The notes: generated by a model from the letters alone, not told the origin. DNA of 60,947 bases from Pseudomonadota bacterium (GCA_021325135.1 JAJPHT010000037.1:1-60947); one strand, 5' to 3'. Counted from the stretch's first letter, positions 9,583 through 19,637 are shown. Numbers and translations: made by a program.

Positions 9583-9642
9583 GGGGGGTGGTGCCCAGAG
9601 GAGGAGAAGAGGCTTCTCCGGGAATCACCCCACGAAGGGGCC

Positions 9643-9918
9643 TCACTTCTTGGGCAGCCGCTTCTGGAGCGCCTTCATCTGGCGCACGAGGTCCTTGCGC
9701 TCGGCGTCCAGCTCCTTGAGGCGGGCCTTGCCTTCGGCCTTGCGCTCGGGGGAGACGTTCTTGGCGAGGTTCAGCTCGCTGCTGATGCGCTTCGCCTCGC
9801 CCTTGTTCTTCGCGACCTGGGACTTGAGGCCCTTCATGCGGATCTCGGCCTGCTCGGGGGAGAGGCCGGCGGGACCCTCGCTTCCGCCGAAGAGCCGCTT
9901 GATGGCTCGGATGACCAC
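9643..9918 (-). CDS. Small basic coiled-coil hypothetical protein
   Basis: GTG start ~23 nt downstream of TATA-like tttatcaa (9941-9948); Lys/Glu-rich heptads. Confidence 0.7.
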   Translation of the reverse strand: MVIRAIKRLFGGSEGPAGLSPEQAEIRMKGLKSQVAKNKGEAKRISSELNLAKNVSPERKAEGKARLKELDAERKDLVRQMKALQKRLPKK

Positions 9919-9996
9919 GGGCGGGGAGTGCCCGACCCCCTTGATAAACCCCGCCCCGGCGATGGGCTGATCCACCGCGCGCGGCCTCCCCTCGCG

Positions 9997-12219
9997 ATGC
10001 CCGGCGAGCCCGCGCCCCTGGACCCGATCTTCCGTCCGCGCAGCATCGCGGTGATCGGCGCCTCGCGCCAGGTGGGCAGCGTCGGGCGCTCCATCTTCGA
10101 CAACCTCCTCGCCGGGGGCTTCCAGGGCCCGGTCTACCCCGTGAACCGCACCGCGCGCGAGGTGGGCAGCGTGCGGGCGTACCCCAGCGTCCTCGACGTG
10201 CCCGACCCCGTGGACCTCGCCATCGTCGTCGTGCCCGCCGCGCACGCGCTGGAGGCCGTCGACGAGTGCGGCCGCAAGGGCGTGAAGGGGCTCGTGATCA
10301 TCACGGCGGGCTTCCGCGAGGTGGGCGGCGAGGGCACGCGGCGCGAGGAGGAGCTGAAGGCGCTGCTCGCGCGCCACGGCATGCGCGCCATCGGCCCCAA
10401 CTGCATGGGCGTCGTGAACGCGCACCCCGACGTGCGCATGAACGCGACGTTCTCGCCCGCGCAGGCGCGGCACGGCAGGATCGCGTTCGTCTCGCAAAGC
10501 GGCGCCCTGGGCATGGCGATCCTCGACCAGGCCGCCGACCTGCACCTGGGGCTCTCGTACTTCGTGAGCCTGGGCAACAAGACGAATGTCAGCACCAACG
10601 ACCTCCTCGTCCAGTGGGAGGACGACCCCGACGTGGGGCTCATCCTCCTCTACCTGGAGAACTTCGGCAACCCGCGCCGCTTCGTGGATCTGGCGCGCCG
10701 CATCGCGCCGCGCAAGCCCATCGTCGCGGTGAAGAGCGGCCGCACCGCGGCGGGCGCGCGGGCCGCGGGCTCGCACACGGGCGCCCTGGCGGAGCGCGAC
10801 GCCGCCGCGGAGGCGCTCTTCGAGCAGTGCGGCGTCGTCCGCGCGCAGACCATCCAGGAGCTTTTCGACTACGCCCGCGTCTTCAGCCGCGGGCCCGCGC
10901 CCCGGGGCCGCCGCGTCGCCATCGTGACCAACAGCGGCGGGCCGGGCATCATGGCGACCGACGCGCTGCTCGCGCAGGGCCTCCAGCTTGCGGACCTCTC
11001 CGAGGCGACGAAGGCCGAGCTTCGCGCGAAGCTCCTCCCCGAGGCCACCGTCGCGAACCCGGTCGACGTCATCGCGGGCGGAGGCCCCGAATCGTTCCGC
11101 GTCGCGGTGGGCGCGGCGCTGGCGGACCCCAACGTGGACAGCGTCGTCGTCATCTACACGCCGCCGGTGTTCATCGACGAGGCCGCCGTCGTGCGCGCCA
11201 TCGTCGAGCCTCCGCGCCACGGGAAGCCCCTCGTCGCCTGCGTGCTGGGCAAGGAGAGCGGAGGCACCGCCTTCCACCGCCTCAGCGAGGCCGAGGTGCC
11301 CACCTTCGTCTTCCCCGAGCCCGCCGTGCGCGCCCTCGCGGCGCGCACGCTCTGGGCCGAGCGGCAGGCGCGGCCCCAGGGCGAGGTGCCCGCGTTCGCG
11401 GACGCGCGGCGCGACGAGGCCCGGCGCATCGTGGAGGCGGCCCTCGCCCGCGGCGACGAGTGGCTGCCGCCCGCCGAGGCCTTCGCCCTCCTGGAATGCT
11501 ATCGCGTCCCCGTCGCGCGCTCGCGTGTGGTCGCCAGCGGAGAGGAGGCCGCGCGCTTCGCGCGCGAGCTTGGCCGACCCGTCGCGCTCAAGGCCGTGGC
11601 GCCCGGGCTCGTCCACAAGACGGAGGCGGGCGGCGTGCGCCTCGCGGTGCCGCCCGCGGAGGCGGCGGCCGCGTTCGAGGCGATGCGCGCGGACGTGGCT
11701 CGGCACGGGCACGCCATGTCGGGCGCCGTCGCGCAGGAGATGGTCCCGCCGGGCCGCGAGCTTCTCGTGGGCATGAGCGCGGACCCCAAGTTCGGGCCGC
11801 TCCTGGCGTTCGGCCTCGGAGGCACGCGCGTCGAGGTGCTCAAGGACGTGGTCTTCCGCCTTGCGCCGCTCACCGACGAGGACGCGAAGCGCATGGTGCG
11901 CGCCATCCGCGGCTGGCCGCTCCTGGAGGGCTACCGCGGCGAGGCTCCCGCGGACGTGCCCGCGGTGGAGGACGCGCTGCTGCGGCTCAGCGCGCTCGTG
12001 ACCGACCTGCCCGAGGTGCGCGAGATCGAGATGAACCCCCTCATCGTGGGCGACGCGGGGCGCGGCGCGGTCGCGCCCGACGCGCGCGTGCGCCTCTGGC
12101 CCCGCGGCGAGGCCCCCCGCGCGCCGGGCGTCACCAGGGAGATCCCCGCGCCGGGGGCGCGCAATGGCGGCGGAACCGGCTCGGCGATGGGGCGGCCTGC
12201 CGCGTCGCCCGCCCCCTGA
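9997..12219 (+). CDS. Acetate/acyl-CoA ligase (ADP-forming), fused alpha+beta
   Basis: PRSIAVIGAS, GPNCMG, SQSGA, SLGNK, phospho-His GSHTG, NSGGPG, ATP-grasp HKTEAGGV, EMNP. Confidence 0.93.
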   Translation: MPGEPAPLDPIFRPRSIAVIGASRQVGSVGRSIFDNLLAGGFQGPVYPVNRTAREVGSVRAYPSVLDVPDPVDLAIVVVPAAHALEAVDECGRKGVKGLVIITAGFREVGGEGTRREEELKALLARHGMRAIGPNCMGVVNAHPDVRMNATFSPAQARHGRIAFVSQSGALGMAILDQAADLHLGLSYFVSLGNKTNVSTNDLLVQWEDDPDVGLILLYLENFGNPRRFVDLARRIAPRKPIVAVKSGRTAAGARAAGSHTGALAERDAAAEALFEQCGVVRAQTIQELFDYARVFSRGPAPRGRRVAIVTNSGGPGIMATDALLAQGLQLADLSEATKAELRAKLLPEATVANPVDVIAGGGPESFRVAVGAALADPNVDSVVVIYTPPVFIDEAAVVRAIVEPPRHGKPLVACVLGKESGGTAFHRLSEAEVPTFVFPEPAVRALAARTLWAERQARPQGEVPAFADARRDEARRIVEAALARGDEWLPPAEAFALLECYRVPVARSRVVASGEEAARFARELGRPVALKAVAPGLVHKTEAGGVRLAVPPAEAAAAFEAMRADVARHGHAMSGAVAQEMVPPGRELLVGMSADPKFGPLLAFGLGGTRVEVLKDVVFRLAPLTDEDAKRMVRAIRGWPLLEGYRGEAPADVPAVEDALLRLSALVTDLPEVREIEMNPLIVGDAGRGAVAPDARVRLWPRGEAPRAPGVTREIPAPGARNGGGTGSAMGRPAASPAP

Positions 12220-12275
12220 GCGTCCCTGGCGCGCCGCCGAAGCGCTCAAGAAGGCCCCCTGCCGTGGAGCGCGCA

Positions 12276-12578
12276 ATGTTCGTCAACGTCGGCTTCGGCG
12301 AGGCGGCGCCCGGGCGCGAGAAGGACGTGGAGGCCGCCATGCGCGCGTTCGGCGACTGGCTCTCCGACGCGCCCGGTCTCGTTGCGATCCACCTGCTGCG
12401 CGATCCGCAGAGCGGCCAGCTCACCGGCGTGTCGCTCTGGAAGGACCGCGAGAGCTTCGCGGCCGCCATGTCGCGTCCGCGCTCCGACCACCGCAAGATG
12501 GACCCGGCGATGTACGCCAGGCTCCCCGAGACGCGCAGCGGCGACGTCGTCGCGACCTGGCCTAGCCTTCGCGGATGA
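12276..12578 (+). CDS. Antibiotic biosynthesis monooxygenase (ABM) domain protein
   Basis: PGREKDVE..APGL..GVSLWKDRESF pattern, ~100 aa. Confidence 0.8.
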   Translation: MFVNVGFGEAAPGREKDVEAAMRAFGDWLSDAPGLVAIHLLRDPQSGQLTGVSLWKDRESFAAAMSRPRSDHRKMDPAMYARLPETRSGDVVATWPSLRG

Positions 12579-13302
12579 GCCCGTCGAGCACCGCGTCCAT
12601 GCGGCGCATCACGTGCTCGTTGACGCGGTGGCCCAGCGCCGCGGTCGCGCGCCGCGCGTCGCCGCCCAGCACGCCCGAAGGGTAGTGCTTGTCGAGCCCC
12701 AGCGTGACGCGGAACTCGGGGATGTCCGCCTTGGGCACGTGCGGCGGGGCGCGCTCCATGCGGCAAAGCTCCGGCGCGATGGCCAGCATGCGCGCGGTCT
12801 CCAGCGTGCCGGCGTGGCCGTCATCGGCGGGAATCTCCTCCCAGCCGGGCTTCCCGCGAAGCTCGTAGACGATCTCCCAGTCGCTGAGCACGGCGAGCTT
12901 CATGGCGGGCCGCTCCTCCAGCGCCTCCTCCGCGGCGAGGCGCAGCGCGCGCATGTGGTCCGCCCCCAGGTGCCCGGACACGACCATGGCGCGGCGCACG
13001 CCCTGGCGGCCCAATTCTGACAGCACGTCGCGGGCGACGGCGCGCACGGTGTCGAACTTCAGGGAGATCGTGCCCGGGTAGGGCGCGGTGGCGAGGCCGT
13101 TCCCGTAGCGCAGCGGCGGCAGGAGGAGCGTCCCCTCGCGGCGTGCGAGGCGCTCGCAGCCCCACTCGGCCTGGATCGCGTCCGTGGCGAGGGGCAGGTG
13201 CGGGCCGTGCTCCTCCAGGATGCCGATGGGCCAGATGGCCACCGTGCGGTCCGTCACGCGGTCGCGGAAGTCGGTGAAGGTGAGGTCGTCCCAGCGGAGC
13301 AT
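12562..13302 (-). CDS. Creatininase/creatinine amidohydrolase family protein
   Basis: PIGILEEHGPHLPLATD, PGTISL, SGH, HAGTLET. Confidence 0.93.
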   Translation of the reverse strand: MLRWDDLTFTDFRDRVTDRTVAIWPIGILEEHGPHLPLATDAIQAEWGCERLARREGTLLLPPLRYGNGLATAPYPGTISLKFDTVRAVARDVLSELGRQGVRRAMVVSGHLGADHMRALRLAAEEALEERPAMKLAVLSDWEIVYELRGKPGWEEIPADDGHAGTLETARMLAIAPELCRMERAPPHVPKADIPEFRVTLGLDKHYPSGVLGGDARRATAALGHRVNEHVMRRMDAVLDGLIREG

Positions 13303-13926
13303 CTACTTCCCGCTCCCGAGCGCGGAGGCCAGGAAGTCGTTGAGCGGCGCCATCTTCTTCGCGCCCGCGACGAAGCGCTTGTCGAAGTCCTCCGCGGTGA
13401 GGTCGGTCGCCTTGAGGGGCACGCTGGCGGTGAAGCTCTTCCGCTTGAGGTCCTCCACGTGGGGGTGGTCCGGCGGCACGCCGCGCGGCGGGCGCTTGAG
13501 GGCCTCCTCGTCGTCGTCCAGGCCGACGGCGCGCGCCTTCTTCCAGGCCGCGGGCTTCGCGACGATGCCGTCGCGGATGCGCTGGAGCGCGGGGGGCTCG
13601 GGGTGCCAGACGCCCGCGTAGATGGCGCTCTCCTTGGGCGCGGCGTGGAGGAAGAAGCCTGGCGCCGTGACCGCGCGGCCGTGGCCGAAGCCGATCCCGA
13701 TGTTGGTCTTGTAGGGGCTCTTGTCCTTGGAGAAGCGCACGTCGCGGTAGATGCGCATGACGTGGGGCTCCAGGCCCAGCTTCGCGCCCACGGTGGCGGC
13801 GAAGCGCGCGCTGGGCTCCTTCACGTGCTCCTCGTAGCGCGCCTTGTTGGCCTCGAACCAGGCCTTCTCGTTGTGCTTCTCCAGGTCCGCGAGGAAGCGG
13901 AGCGTCTCCTTCGTGAAGTAGGCCAT
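13303..13926 (-). CDS. DUF2461 family protein
   Basis: FLADL.KHNEKAWFEANKARY, RIYRDVRFSKDKSPYKT, LKRPPRG. Confidence 0.92.
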   Translation of the reverse strand: MAYFTKETLRFLADLEKHNEKAWFEANKARYEEHVKEPSARFAATVGAKLGLEPHVMRIYRDVRFSKDKSPYKTNIGIGFGHGRAVTAPGFFLHAAPKESAIYAGVWHPEPPALQRIRDGIVAKPAAWKKARAVGLDDDEEALKRPPRGVPPDHPHVEDLKRKSFTASVPLKATDLTAEDFDKRFVAGAKKMAPLNDFLASALGSGK

Positions 13927-13965
13927 GGCGCCGCCAACGCCGCCGGAGCCCAAGAAGGAAGCGCA

Positions 13966-15801
13966 TCAGGCCGGCGCGCGGAGGGAGGCCAGGGCGGCGC
14001 GCATCTGGGCCGCGCTCGCGAAGCGCGCCGCCGGGTCGGGGCTCAACGCGCGCCGCAGGAAGTCCGCGCGCGCTCCAAGCTCCGGCAGCTCGTCGCCCGC
14101 GAGGATGCGGGCGCGCAGCGAGAAGTCGTCGAGGCCGCGCGCGTCGCGCACCGGCCTGCCCGTGAGCATCTCGGCGTGCACGAGCGCCGCGGCGAAGAGG
14201 TCGCTCCTGGGGTCGGGGGCCTCGCCGCGCACCTGCTCGGGCGCCATGTAGAGAAGGGTGCCGGCGGGGGCCGCCGTCGCCTCGGGCCCCGCGCGTCGCG
14301 CTGCGCCGAAGTCCGCGAGCCGGGGCTCGCCCGCGGCGGTGAGGAGCACGTTCTCGGGCTTGACGTCGCCGTGCACGATGCCCTTGGCGTGCGCGGCCTC
14401 CAGCCCCGCGAGGATGCCCTCCAGCAGGCGGTCCGCCTCGCGGGGCTCCAGCGCGCCGCGCCTCGCGAGGAGGCCCCGCAGGTCGCCCCCGTCGACGTAC
14501 TCCAGGACCAGCGTCGCGCCGCCCGTCTCCTCCACCACGTCGTGGATGCCCACGACGTTGGGGTGGTCCAGCGCGCCCACGAGCCGCGCTTCGCGCGCCT
14601 GGGAGGGAGGCACGCGCTTGAGCACGACGGGCCGATCAAGGGCGGTGTCGTGCGCGAGGAGCGCCTCCCCCTGGGCGCCTTCGCCCAGCTTGCGCTCGAC
14701 GCGGTAGCGCGGCGTCGCGGGCGCCAAGGCCCGGGGCGGGAAGACCTCGGCGCCCGTGGGCGTCATGCGATACACGGCGATGCCCAGCGCGCGGGGGCGC
14801 ACCGAGTACGCCACGGCCGCGCCCAGGGGCAGCCCCGCGGCGGTGGAGACGGCGAGGACGAAGCCGTCGCCGGGGACCACGAGCTGCGCCAGCGCGATGA
14901 GGAGGACCCAGGCGGTGAGGCCCGCGACGGCGGCGACGCCCAGGGCGGCCCGCGCGGGGACCTCGCGCACGCCCAGCGCGCCGCGACGCGTCGCCTCGGC
15001 GAGCACGACGAGGGGAAGCACCAGATTCGTCACGCCCAGGTCGATGATGTCCTGGCGCGAGAGCTGGTCGAGCAGGACGGCCGCGACGCCCACGCCCGCG
15101 AAGAGCCACGCGATGGGCTGGCGATGGCGCGCGCAAAGCAGCACGAAGAGGCCGAACTCCACGGCCAGGCGCGCGACGATGCCCGGGTCGTCCACGAGGT
15201 CGACCGCCAAGCCGTAGCGCGTGTGGTGGATCGCGCCGACCCGCGTCAGGAGGACGCCGGCGAGCCAGTACGTCGCGAAGACGAGGATGCCGCCCGAGGC
15301 GGCGAGGATGCGCATGGCGCCCGCGCGCTCCGTCTCGGGCATCGCCGGCACGCGCGACACGCTCATCGCCAGGGCCAGCGCGCCCGTCACCACCGAGGCG
15401 GTGCTGAAGGGGCCGAAGAGCGCGATGGCGACCGGGCCCGCCGTGGGCCCGACCAGCGGCCAGACGACGAGGCTCGCCGCGAGCCAGGCGAGCATGAGCG
15501 CGTAGCCCATGCCCTGCGCGCTGCGCCAAGCGGGGCGCGTCGGGTAGAGCGCGAAGAACGCGACGAAGAGGAGCGAGCTGGCCAGGATCGTCTCGTCGAG
15601 GACCAGGTGCACGAAGGGCGCGAAGGGCGCGTCGCCCCAGTCGAGGAGGACGAGCACGAGGCCAAGGACCCACATCGCGCCCAGCACGGTGCGGGCGGGC
15701 GTCGCGGGGCGCAGCCAGAGCATGGTCACGCCCACCAGCGCGACGAGGGCGATCTGGAGGGCCCGGAACACCTCCCGCAGCGCGAGGACGTCCAGCGTCA
15801 T
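13966..15801 (-). CDS. Hanks-type Ser/Thr protein kinase with N-terminal polytopic membrane domain
   Basis: LGEGAQG, VVLK, HPNVV, HGDVKPEN, LADFG, GTLLYMAPEQ; ~8-9 hydrophobic segments N-terminal. Confidence 0.93.
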   Translation of the reverse strand: MTLDVLALREVFRALQIALVALVGVTMLWLRPATPARTVLGAMWVLGLVLVLLDWGDAPFAPFVHLVLDETILASSLLFVAFFALYPTRPAWRSAQGMGYALMLAWLAASLVVWPLVGPTAGPVAIALFGPFSTASVVTGALALAMSVSRVPAMPETERAGAMRILAASGGILVFATYWLAGVLLTRVGAIHHTRYGLAVDLVDDPGIVARLAVEFGLFVLLCARHRQPIAWLFAGVGVAAVLLDQLSRQDIIDLGVTNLVLPLVVLAEATRRGALGVREVPARAALGVAAVAGLTAWVLLIALAQLVVPGDGFVLAVSTAAGLPLGAAVAYSVRPRALGIAVYRMTPTGAEVFPPRALAPATPRYRVERKLGEGAQGEALLAHDTALDRPVVLKRVPPSQAREARLVGALDHPNVVGIHDVVEETGGATLVLEYVDGGDLRGLLARRGALEPREADRLLEGILAGLEAAHAKGIVHGDVKPENVLLTAAGEPRLADFGAARRAGPEATAAPAGTLLYMAPEQVRGEAPDPRSDLFAAALVHAEMLTGRPVRDARGLDDFSLRARILAGDELPELGARADFLRRALSPDPAARFASAAQMRAALASLRAPA

Positions 15802-15845
15802 GTCTCGGATCGAGCAGGCGCGCCGCCCCTCTTAGAAGGATGCGC

Positions 15846-16901
15846 TCACGCCGACTGGATGATCTCGTCCAGGAAGAGGGCGAGCGAGCGCGAGTTGATC
15901 TTGGCGCCCGCGGACGTGGGGTGCCCGCCGCCCACGATGCCGTGCTCGCGGGTGAACTCCTCCACGAAGAGGCCCAGGTTGAGGCGCGTGTCGCCAGTGG
16001 CGCGCAGCGCGATGGAGGCGAGGCTGCCGCGGCGGTTCACGAGCACGGCGACCTTGGCGCCCTCCTCGCGGGCGACGCTGGTGAGGGCGCGCGTGCCGAA
16101 GCCCAGGAGCGAGGGCTTGCGCTTGCCGAAGTGCAGGAGGGCGACCTCGTTGCGCACGACGAGGCGGCTCCGCACGCGCTCCTGCGCCTTGAGCCAGCGG
16201 TTCTCGTTGAGCATGGTGAGGTAGCGGGCCTTCACCTCGCTCACCTCGCTGGGCCAGACGCCCTTGGCGAGGCGGCGGCCCGTGTTGGCGCGGAAGCGGT
16301 CGTCCTCGATCTCCAGGCGCCACGCGAAGTCCAGGTGCTCGGCCTCCTCCTCCAGCCGCTCCAGCCCGTGCAGGCGGATGGCGTCCACGAGGTGGCGCGA
16401 GGTGCCGTACTCCACGATGTCCGCGATGGCGGCGAGGCGCGCGAGGTCGTCGCTGGGCGCCAGCGCGCCGGCGCGCGTGAAGTGGTCCAGCGCCGCGCCC
16501 GCCGCGCTGCCGCCTTCGGCCATGACGACCTCGACGGCGGGGCCCAGCTCGTGGACGTGCATGAGGCTCGTCTGGTGGTGGTCGATGAGCGTGACGCGCG
16601 TGCCGCCCCGCGCCTTGGCGTTGAGCGTCTTGATGAGCTTGGGCGTGAGGCCCACGTCGATGAGGTAGAAGTGCCGCGCAGAGAGGTCCTTGCGCAGAAG
16701 CTCCACCGCGCTGGTGGCGCTGGGGACGTAGCTCACCCGCGCGTCGGGGTGCACCGCGAAGCAGAAGGAGCTGGAGACGATGCCGTCCACGTTGCCCCGC
16801 GTGATGACGTGCACCGCGCGCGCGTCCGAGGAGGCCAGGCCCTCGGAGGGCGAAAGGAGGCCCCATCGACTCGCGTCGCGATACGGCGCGGGCGTCGCCA
16901 T
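15846..16901 (-). CDS. DHH/DHHA1 phosphoesterase-family protein (motif I divergent)
   Basis: ITRGNVDG, LIDVG, LIDHH, GGGHPTSAG. Confidence 0.85.
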   Translation of the reverse strand: MATPAPYRDASRWGLLSPSEGLASSDARAVHVITRGNVDGIVSSSFCFAVHPDARVSYVPSATSAVELLRKDLSARHFYLIDVGLTPKLIKTLNAKARGGTRVTLIDHHQTSLMHVHELGPAVEVVMAEGGSAAGAALDHFTRAGALAPSDDLARLAAIADIVEYGTSRHLVDAIRLHGLERLEEEAEHLDFAWRLEIEDDRFRANTGRRLAKGVWPSEVSEVKARYLTMLNENRWLKAQERVRSRLVVRNEVALLHFGKRKPSLLGFGTRALTSVAREEGAKVAVLVNRRGSLASIALRATGDTRLNLGLFVEEFTREHGIVGGGHPTSAGAKINSRSLALFLDEIIQSA

Positions 16902-16960
16902 GGGTTGGCCAGGGGTGTTGTCGATCCGATGGCACTTAGACCTTGCCAAAAAAAGCGGGA

Positions 16961-17096
16961 GGGGGGTTCGGGGGGCGCAGCCCCCTGACGTTTCGGTCGT
17001 CTGCTGGACTTTTCCTTCACGTCAGGGGGCTGCGCCCCCTGAAACCCCCGCGGGTAGCCGCGCTGCGGCGCGGCCGGACGACTCCCCGAACCCCCC
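16961..17096. repeat. Palindromic REP-like intergenic element
   Basis: Perfect 21-bp IR gggggcgcagccccctgacgt (16971-16991)/acgtcagggggctgcgccccc (17019-17039); ggggggttcgggg (16961-16973) also complements ccccgaacccccc (17084-17096). Confidence 0.8.
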
Positions 17097-17111
17097 GCTC
17101 TTGGCGGCGCC

Positions 17112-17705
17112 CTATCCTCGGCTCACCCACGTCTCCACGCCGCGGGGCGTCGTGGCCTGGATGTCCTGCAACGTCTGGAGCCGCGCGACCTGCCAGGGTT
17201 CGAGCTTCGCGTGGTCAAGCATGCCCGGCGTGCAGTGCGGGTACATGATGTTGCTTGGGTCGTCCACGTGGCCGAGGCCCAGCAGGTGGAGGATCTCGTG
17301 GGCGACGACGCACTCGTCCACGCCGGGATCGCCCACCTCGGCCGCGATGCCGCTGCTCACGGTGGCGCCCAGCGTCGCGCGCCCGCTGGTCGCGGCGAGG
17401 TCACCGCGCGTGAGGAAGAGGGGCGCGCCCTCGTCGCTGGCCGTGACGCGGACGTTCGCGTGGTCGGCCAGCCAGCGGAAGGCGGTGGTGAGGTCGGCGT
17501 CCGCGCCGTCGCCCAGAAGATGCACACGAAGGTCGATGGGCGCCGCGCTGATGGGCCCCTTGTCGGGGTTGACGGCGATGGCGTCGAAGTGGTCGCGCTC
17601 CACCGTCTCGAAGGGCACCTCGTCCCGGTGGAACGGCGCGCCCAGCGCGCCCGCGGTGAGCAGCGCGGCGAGCACGAGGGGAAGGACGAGCCAGCGGGCG
17701 CGCAA
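17112..17705 (-). CDS. Secreted matrixin-like (metzincin) Zn metalloprotease
   Basis: Signal peptide; HEILHLLGLGH (HExxHxxGxxH) and Met-turn NIMYP. Confidence 0.9.
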   Translation of the reverse strand: MRARWLVLPLVLAALLTAGALGAPFHRDEVPFETVERDHFDAIAVNPDKGPISAAPIDLRVHLLGDGADADLTTAFRWLADHANVRVTASDEGAPLFLTRGDLAATSGRATLGATVSSGIAAEVGDPGVDECVVAHEILHLLGLGHVDDPSNIMYPHCTPGMLDHAKLEPWQVARLQTLQDIQATTPRGVETWVSRG

Positions 17706-17907
17706 CGCGGGGCGTGCAGCCGGAGGGGCCTACTAACGATGACGGAGGGGCGGGTTTGCCCACGCGGCGGTTCGGCGGTGCGGAAAAGCGATGGCGAGGG
17801 AGTGGCTACCCGCTGCAAAGGAAACAACCCGCCCAATGGTCGCTTCGGCAACTATATGCCTGGCAGCTCGTCATTCATGGTCACCGCTCCGGCGGGATGG
17901 GATGCAC

Positions 17908-18186
17908 ATGCGGAAAGAAGACATGATCAGGTTGCACGCTCTCCTTTTTCAGATGCGGCGCACCTTCGAAGCCACCGGGATCACGACAGGGACCGAGTAC
18001 TTCACGGCCTACGACAAGCTGGGCGTGACGCCGGTCTCCCTGCACCGTGACCGCCGCGCGCACCAGATGGCCATCTTCCTGCTGGGCGAGGCGCTCAGCA
18101 AGGCGGCCGTCGAGGGCGTGGGCCACGAGGCCGACCTCAAGAACGCGCTCCACTTCATCCACCAGCCCAGGCGCGAGCTCCTGTAG
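17908..18186 (+). CDS. UPF0058 family protein (archaeal)
   Basis: MRKEDMIRLHALL..YDKLGVTP..LHR...H..AIFLLG pattern. Confidence 0.85.
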   Translation: MRKEDMIRLHALLFQMRRTFEATGITTGTEYFTAYDKLGVTPVSLHRDRRAHQMAIFLLGEALSKAAVEGVGHEADLKNALHFIHQPRRELL

Positions 18187-18293
18187 GGTGGACCCGCCGC
18201 GCCAGGGTCCCGCAACCTGGCGCGCGCTGGTGGGATGACAAGAAGAAGGGTGGCCGGGGAGGGGATGGATGCCTCCCCGGGCGCTCGGGTTTT

Positions 18294-19637
18294 TCAGTTC
18301 AGCGTGCTCGCGCCAGCGGGCATGCGGACGACGTAGACGCCGTCCGCGCGGCCGGAGACGTGCGTGCGCGACGACGCGACGAACACCTCGCCCGTGGTGG
18401 GCTTGATGGACGCGCTGAAGAAGTCGCCCAGGCTGCGGTCGGGGCCGCCGCCGGTCACGCTCTGCAGGCCGATGGTGTCGATGCTGCCAACGTGATAGAC
18501 GCCGTCCAGGTCGTAGCGCGTGAACGTGGGCGTGGCCGCGTTGGCGTTGGTGGACTCGACGTAGCTGACGTTCCACGTCGCGCCGGCGAAGGCGCTGTTG
18601 TCGTTGTTGTCGCCCACCTTGCTCGTCTGGTAGTAGACGATGGCGATCTTGCCCGCGGCGCCCGCGACGACCCAGGGCATGATGTGCGTGCCCGTGCCGG
18701 TGCTCACCTTGACGGGCACGCTGTAGGACGCGCCGTGGTTGGTGGAGACGGTGAGGTACACCTCGGCCTGGCCGCCCACATGGTGGTCGTACACGACGTA
18801 CACGTTGCCCGCCGCGTCGACCGCGCTCACCGCGAACTGGAGGTCGTCGTGGGGGATGCTGCCGGGGACGTTGATGGCCGTGAAGGTCAGGCCGTTGTTG
18901 GAGCTGTGGTAGACGACGAGGCCCGTCGCGCGCCACATGGGGACGTACAGGTCGCCCGTGGTCTGGTCCACCGAGGGGACGCCGGGGGGGCCGCAGGAGC
19001 AGACGAGGGGGACCTCGACGGGCGCCATGAGGCCGCCGATCTCGCCCGCGGGCGTGCCGACCTCGTAGCGGAAGGAGACGGCGCCCTCGCCGTTGGGCAG
19101 GCCGTTCACGCCGACGACGGTGTTCTGGTTGGTGATGAGGTAGACGTACTGGTCCTTGTAGTGGGCGAACCACTGGCGGTCGACCACGGAGGTGTAGTGG
19201 CCCGCGGGGCTCGCGATCCAGGTCACGCCGTCCTTGCTCACGGCCACGTCGTCGTTGGCCAGGTACAGGTCCGCGAAGTAGCCGCGGTTCTGGCTGTCGA
19301 ACTCGATGTCCGAGTCGCCGCCGCCCTGGACGTCGCCGGTCATGGTCAGGCCGTTGGAGCGGACCAGCCACGTGCCGGTGCTGTCGTTCTCGAAGATGGG
19401 CGTCTTCGTCAGGGGGAAGGCGCCGATGATGATGCCCGGGATGGCCGTGACGAACTCACGGCCGTTGGGCATGAAGTCGATGGTGGGCTCGGAGAGGCCC
19501 GCGCTTCCGGGGATCAGGGCCGCGGGGGAGCCCGCCGCGTCCGAGATGGTGACGCCGACCAGCGCCCCCGTGGTGCTCAACAGTGCCAACCCGAGCGCTA
19601 GGATTGTATGCGCGCGCAAAACGTACAGCCTCGGCAC
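18294..19637 (-). CDS. Secreted sialidase-like/BNR (Asp-box) beta-propeller protein
   Basis: Signal peptide; Asp-box-like VSKDGVTW, SSNNGLTF, STNHGASYS; VDRQW, LGDFF; start approximate. Confidence 0.82.
   Translation of the reverse strand: MPRLYVLRAHTILALGLALLSTTGALVGVTISDAAGSPAALIPGSAGLSEPTIDFMPNGREFVTAIPGIIIGAFPLTKTPIFENDSTGTWLVRSNGLTMTGDVQGGGDSDIEFDSQNRGYFADLYLANDDVAVSKDGVTWIASPAGHYTSVVDRQWFAHYKDQYVYLITNQNTVVGVNGLPNGEGAVSFRYEVGTPAGEIGGLMAPVEVPLVCSCGPPGVPSVDQTTGDLYVPMWRATGLVVYHSSNNGLTFTAINVPGSIPHDDLQFAVSAVDAAGNVYVVYDHHVGGQAEVYLTVSTNHGASYSVPVKVSTGTGTHIMPWVVAGAAGKIAIVYYQTSKVGDNNDNSAFAGATWNVSYVESTNANAATPTFTRYDLDGVYHVGSIDTIGLQSVTGGGPDRSLGDFFSASIKPTTGEVFVASSRTHVSGRADGVYVVRMPAGASTLN

Noticed and set aside
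9997-12219. Protein lysine acetyltransferase Pat
   Set aside because: No GNAT domain and the catalytic His (GSHTG) is retained, so it is called an ADP-forming acyl-CoA ligase.
17720-17905. Riboswitch upstream of the UPF0058 gene
   Set aside because: No recognisable aptamer consensus; explained as a divergent promoter region (ctatat at ~17852).
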